Below the pieces are notes generated by a model that saw only the letters and a list, made by a program, of their open reading frames with translations, had not been told where the DNA came from and ran no database searches. A stretch of DNA of 30,911 bases from Promethearchaeota archaeon (GTDB lineage Archaea; Asgardarchaeota; Lokiarchaeia; Sigyniarchaeales; SOKP01), in NCBI GenBank assembly GCA_019058015.1, contig JAHLWH010000084.1, forward strand, positions 1 to 30,911, read 5' to 3'. How positions within the stretch are numbered: the stretch's first letter is position 1; every line of letters starts with the position of its first letter. Shown piece by piece: positions 26,944-30,911 of this stretch. The position numbers were made by a program, and so were the translations under genes.

Positions 26944-28962
26944 ATGACACATTATAAAGCATACCCTTTTACTGCTATTATTGGACAAGATTTAATGAAA
27001 TTAGCTTTGTTATTAAATGCAATAAATCCAAAAATCGGTGGAGTTTTAATAAAAGGTACAAAAGGAACTGGAAAATCTACGGCAGTAAGGGCATTAGCAG
27101 ATCTACTCCCAGAAATTGAAGTTATAAAAGATTGTCCATTTAATTGTAACCCCAAGAATTTGAAAGAATCGTGTCATCCTTGTCAAGATAGGATAATTGC
27201 TGTAGATTTAAAAGAAGAAGATATGGAATTTCGAAAAATGCGAGTGATAAATCTTCCAATTAATGCTACTGAAGATAGAGTTATTGGCACAATAGATATT
27301 AAGAAGGCTTTGGAGGAAGGTATAAAAGCCTTAGAACCTGGAATTTTAGCAGAAGCAAATAGAAATATTCTTTATATTGATGAGGTGAATCTTCTTGCCG
27401 ATAATGTTGCTGATATTCTGTTAGATAGTGCAGCAATGGGAATTAATATAATTGAAAGGGAGGGAATAAGCCTTCATCACCCATCAAACTTTATTTTAGT
27501 AGGCACGATGAATCCTGAAGAAGGAAATTTAAGACCTCAGCTTTTAGACCGCTTTGGATTAAGCATTGATGTAGAACGCATTAAAGATATCGATAAGAGG
27601 GTTCTTATTACGAAATATGCAGAAGAATATCAAAATGATCCTAACGAATTCTATAAAAAATTCAAAGAAAAACAAAAAGAATTAAAAAATAAAATAATAA
27701 ATGCTCGAAAAATTTTACTTTCTATAGAAACTTCAGATGGCCAACTAAAAAAAATGAGTAAGATCTGCGTGGAATTACAAGTTGACGGTCATAGAGCAGA
27801 TATTACAATAAATAGAACTGCCAAAGCAATTGCTGCATTGCATAGTCGAAAATTTGTAGAGAATGAAGACATTAAGACTGCAGCAAAATTGGCTTTATCT
27901 CATCGTTTAAGACGTTTACCTTTTGAAGATAAAACATTAGATGAGAGTGAACTCGAAGCCTTATTTGATAATGAAGAAATTGAAGTAAAAAATGATACCC
28001 AACTAGAGGAAAAACAGTCCGAAATGGAGCATAATCAAACTGATAATAATCTTTTAAATAATATCCAGAATGATAAACAAATTCATAATGTGCGGGAAAA
28101 GACGTTTGGAATAAAAGAAAACATTTTAGCCGATCAAATCATAAAGAATAAAAAAAAAAGGGAAGTTATGAATACTTCTGGAAAAAGAGTATTACACCCA
28201 ACATTGAGCCCTCATGGGAAATATATAGGTTCTGAGAAAAAACGAGAAATAAATATGCCTTATTCGACGGATATTGCCTTCAATGAGACTTTAAATGAAG
28301 CTGCATTGGATGAACAAAACCTTAGAGCTTTTAAAAATGGTAATAAATTAGAAATAAAAGGAGAGCACATTCACATTAAAAAAAGAATGGGAAAATCTAG
28401 TTATTTAATTATTTTCTGTGTGGATGCCTCTGGATCTATGGGAATTAAGGACAGAATGGAAACTGTTAAAGGAGCAATTTATTCTATTTTACAAACTAAT
28501 TATATTCATCGTGATAAAGTTTCTCTTATTGTGTTTCGCCAAGATAGGGCTGAAACTATTTTACCACCCACCAGAAGTACTGACTTAGCTTATAAGTTAT
28601 TAAAGGATATTCCTACAGGAGGGACAACACCTCTAGCGGCGGGATTGTTAAAGGCGTTGGATGTAGCTAAAGAAGAAATTCGAAAAAAAAGTGGTTATAT
28701 CCCTCTAATTATACTATTAACTGATGCAAGAGGCAACGTCTATTTTAAAGATGCAATTGAAGATGTATTAAAAATTGGCAAGGAAATTGCTCAACAAGAA
28801 ATAAATTTAATTCTTGTGGATACAGAATTTTCAGATGTAAAATTGGATTTCTCTAAAAAATTAGCAAACGTTGCAAACGCCGTATATTACCATATAGATC
28901 ATCTAGATCAGGAAAATTTAAATGAAATTTTAACCATTGAAGGAATTTTTGAAAATATTTAA
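26944..28962 (+). CDS. chlD: Class I chelatase ChlD/BchD-type subunit (ChlI-like AAA+ domain, linker, vWA domain)
   Basis: [51 protein letters not shown], then v[17 protein letters not shown] and LTDARGN. Confidence 0.9.
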   Translation: MTHYKAYPFTAIIGQDLMKLALLLNAINPKIGGVLIKGTKGTGKSTAVRALADLLPEIEVIKDCPFNCNPKNLKESCHPCQDRIIAVDLKEEDMEFRKMRVINLPINATEDRVIGTIDIKKALEEGIKALEPGILAEANRNILYIDEVNLLADNVADILLDSAAMGINIIEREGISLHHPSNFILVGTMNPEEGNLRPQLLDRFGLSIDVERIKDIDKRVLITKYAEEYQNDPNEFYKKFKEKQKELKNKIINARKILLSIETSDGQLKKMSKICVELQVDGHRADITINRTAKAIAALHSRKFVENEDIKTAAKLALSHRLRRLPFEDKTLDESELEALFDNEEIEVKNDTQLEEKQSEMEHNQTDNNLLNNIQNDKQIHNVREKTFGIKENILADQIIKNKKKREVMNTSGKRVLHPTLSPHGKYIGSEKKREINMPYSTDIAFNETLNEAALDEQNLRAFKNGNKLEIKGEHIHIKKRMGKSSYLIIFCVDASGSMGIKDRMETVKGAIYSILQTNYIHRDKVSLIVFRQDRAETILPPTRSTDLAYKLLKDIPTGGTTPLAAGLLKALDVAKEEIRKKSGYIPLIILLTDARGNVYFKDAIEDVLKIGKEIAQQEINLILVDTEFSDVKLDFSKKLANVANAVYYHIDHLDQENLNEILTIEGIFENI

Positions 28963-28982
28963 CTTTTTTTTAGTGTATTATT

Positions 28983-30911
28983 ATGGGAAAAAAAATTGAT
29001 ATTGATAGAAAAATCCCTAAAATCACACTTATTTCAGCTAGTATTTTTATGAAACACATAACTGATGGTATTCAAGAAATTTATAATGAATTGGGCAAAA
29101 TCTTTGAATTTAAGAGTTATTTTTTAAATGATGTGGATTCTGGAAAAGTGAAGAAAGAGGACTTTATCAAAGAAATCTATGAATCAAAAGTTATGCTTAT
29201 TGACATTCGTGGAAATTGTCCTACTGTTGAGATTTTAGTTGAGATATATAAAGAAATGGAAAATGAAAACCCTGAACTCTTTGAAGAAAAAACTATTGTT
29301 GCACTTGTTGGAGGTAATAGCGAAATTAGGAGGCTTACAAAGATGGGTTCCTTTATGGCTCGAAAAATACCAGCTCCTAAAGGAACAGAATATGGGATTG
29401 ATGAGATACCTGATTTAACTGACGCGGTAAGGTTTGGGCAAAAAATGACTGAAATGATGAAATTATTAGGAAAAATATTACCAATTAAGTCGCTTAGACA
29501 TGCGCGTTATTGGGTTCTAATGATGGATTATTGGGTTTATGGCTTTGCGGGGATGGCTTCAAATCATAAAAATATGATATTATTTTTATTAAAACATTAT
29601 TTAGGTTATAAGGACATAGATGTACCAAAACCAGTAAAAATTCCATCTTACGGAATTTATGATATTCAACTGAATAAATATTTTGATAAAATTGAAAATT
29701 ACTTATCAGAAAAACCTCTTAATCCGAATAAACAAACAATTGGCCTTTTTTATTATGGAGGTCTTTATTTTGAACAATCATTACCTATTGTTGAGGAATT
29801 TACTAATTATTTATCAGATTATAATATAATTCCCGTGTTTTCAGATATTTTGACTAATGTGGAAGCACATGAGAAATTTTTTTTTAAAAAAGGATTAAAA
29901 ATCGTTAGCCTAATCATAAATCTTCAATATTTTCAACTAAATGGCGGACCTCTGGGAGGTGATGGCTCAATAACATTGGAATTATTCAAAAAAATGGATA
30001 TACAACATTTTAATCCAATTATTCAATTTGATATGTCTTACGAGGAATATCAAAATTCACAAGAAGGAATTATTCCAATTAATCAAATCATTGCGGTGGT
30101 AATGCCCGAATTGGACGGACGAATCGAAATGCTAACGGTTGGATGTATGAAAAATTTAGGTTATTCAGAAGAGATTCATTCAGATGTCTTAGAAGTGGCA
30201 CCATTACCAGAAAATATTCAATTCACCACTGAAAGAATAAAAAAATGGCTTAATCTACGAGAAAAACTAAATTCCGAGAAAAAAATTGCAATTATTATAT
30301 ATAATTACCCCCCAGGGGAAGATAAAATAGGAAATGCCGCATATTTAGATGTTTCAGAGTCATTAAGAAATTTAATAAACACCTTAATAAAAGAAGGATA
30401 TACTATAGAAAGTTTGCCCGAAGATAAAAACCTTGCAGAAATTTTTATCAAAAATGGTTCTGTTAATAGTCCAAAATATACAAGTGTAGATAATTTTAAT
30501 GGAAAACACTTAAGTAAAGGTAAATATTTAGAGTATTTTAATAGTTTGCCTACTAACCTTCAACAAGAAATCAAAGAATTTTGGGGTGAACAAATTGGAA
30601 AGATCATGGTTGAAAATTCCAGCGTAAAATTGCCGATTATTCAACTTAAAAATATTTATATCTGTTTACAGCGATCCAGAAGTACTGTTTCAGGAGATCA
30701 CAATGAGTATCACAATAAAAATCTACCTCCTCATCATCAATATCTCGCTTTTTATCGATATATTGAAGATATAATAAAAGCTGATGCGATAATTCATATT
30801 GGAACTCATGGTACAGAAGAATTTTTACCAGGAAAGGAATGTGCCGGAAACTGTAATGATTATAATCTTAATTTATTAGGGTCCTTACCGAATATATATT
30901 ATTATCATATA
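28983..30911 (+). CDS. cobN: CobN/ChlH-family chelatase large subunit (3' partial, not in ORF track)
   Basis: ATG 28983 is in frame with motifs through to the window end: MPELDGRIE, YNYPPG...GNAAYLDV, PPHHQYLAFY, HIGTHGTEEFLPGK and LPNIYYY. Confidence 0.9.
   Translation, partial: MGKKIDIDRKIPKITLISASIFMKHITDGIQEIYNELGKIFEFKSYFLNDVDSGKVKKEDFIKEIYESKVMLIDIRGNCPTVEILVEIYKEMENENPELFEEKTIVALVGGNSEIRRLTKMGSFMARKIPAPKGTEYGIDEIPDLTDAVRFGQKMTEMMKLLGKILPIKSLRHARYWVLMMDYWVYGFAGMASNHKNMILFLLKHYLGYKDIDVPKPVKIPSYGIYDIQLNKYFDKIENYLSEKPLNPNKQTIGLFYYGGLYFEQSLPIVEEFTNYLSDYNIIPVFSDILTNVEAHEKFFFKKGLKIVSLIINLQYFQLNGGPLGGDGSITLELFKKMDIQHFNPIIQFDMSYEEYQNSQEGIIPINQIIAVVMPELDGRIEMLTVGCMKNLGYSEEIHSDVLEVAPLPENIQFTTERIKKWLNLREKLNSEKKIAIIIYNYPPGEDKIGNAAYLDVSESLRNLINTLIKEGYTIESLPEDKNLAEIFIKNGSVNSPKYTSVDNFNGKHLSKGKYLEYFNSLPTNLQQEIKEFWGEQIGKIMVENSSVKLPIIQLKNIYICLQRSRSTVSGDHNEYHNKNLPPHHQYLAFYRYIEDIIKADAIIHIGTHGTEEFLPGKECAGNCNDYNLNLLGSLPNIYYYHI

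Noticed and set aside
15136-27155. Short ORFs 15136..15426, 18576..18842, 20268..20585, 22007..22324, 22471..22656, 26033..26233 and 26952..27155
   Set aside because: Antisense or alternate-frame shadows of confidently identified genes.
1-30911. tRNA, rRNA, CRISPR array, transposase or integrase
   Set aside because: No GC-rich structured RNA segment, regularly spaced repeat array or recombinase motif was seen.

Overview
AT-rich archaeal chromosomal window. The gene set (archaeal Asd, NOG1, MfnF/MfnE, FwdF-like polyferredoxin, Hsp20-CDC48-heat-shock regulator, ChlD/CobN) and the short TPR-like helical proteins suggest an Asgard archaeon of the Lokiarchaeia type; this is an inference. Positions ~3,060-30,911 are mostly housekeeping and metabolic genes. 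The first ~2.75 kb look like the right end of an integrated mobile element. It carries the Cys-rich hydrophobic C-terminus of a halocin-C8-like peptide followed by a 4-TM candidate immunity gene, then a tightly coupled minus-strand operon of four small genes, one of which is an uncalled ribbon-helix-helix gene with an ATA start. Next comes a GATC- and palindrome-rich non-coding stretch, and then the start-less 3' half of a membrane-protein gene that may mark the insertion site. Other points of interest: a tandem palindromic operator in the hsp20-cdc48-regulator promoter, an fwdF-like frame with no canonical start, an A10 slippery run in the ChlD linker, a split TPR gene and an orphan adenine methyltransferase. 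No rRNA, tRNA or CRISPR array was recognised. All product calls come from motifs read by eye; no searches were run.
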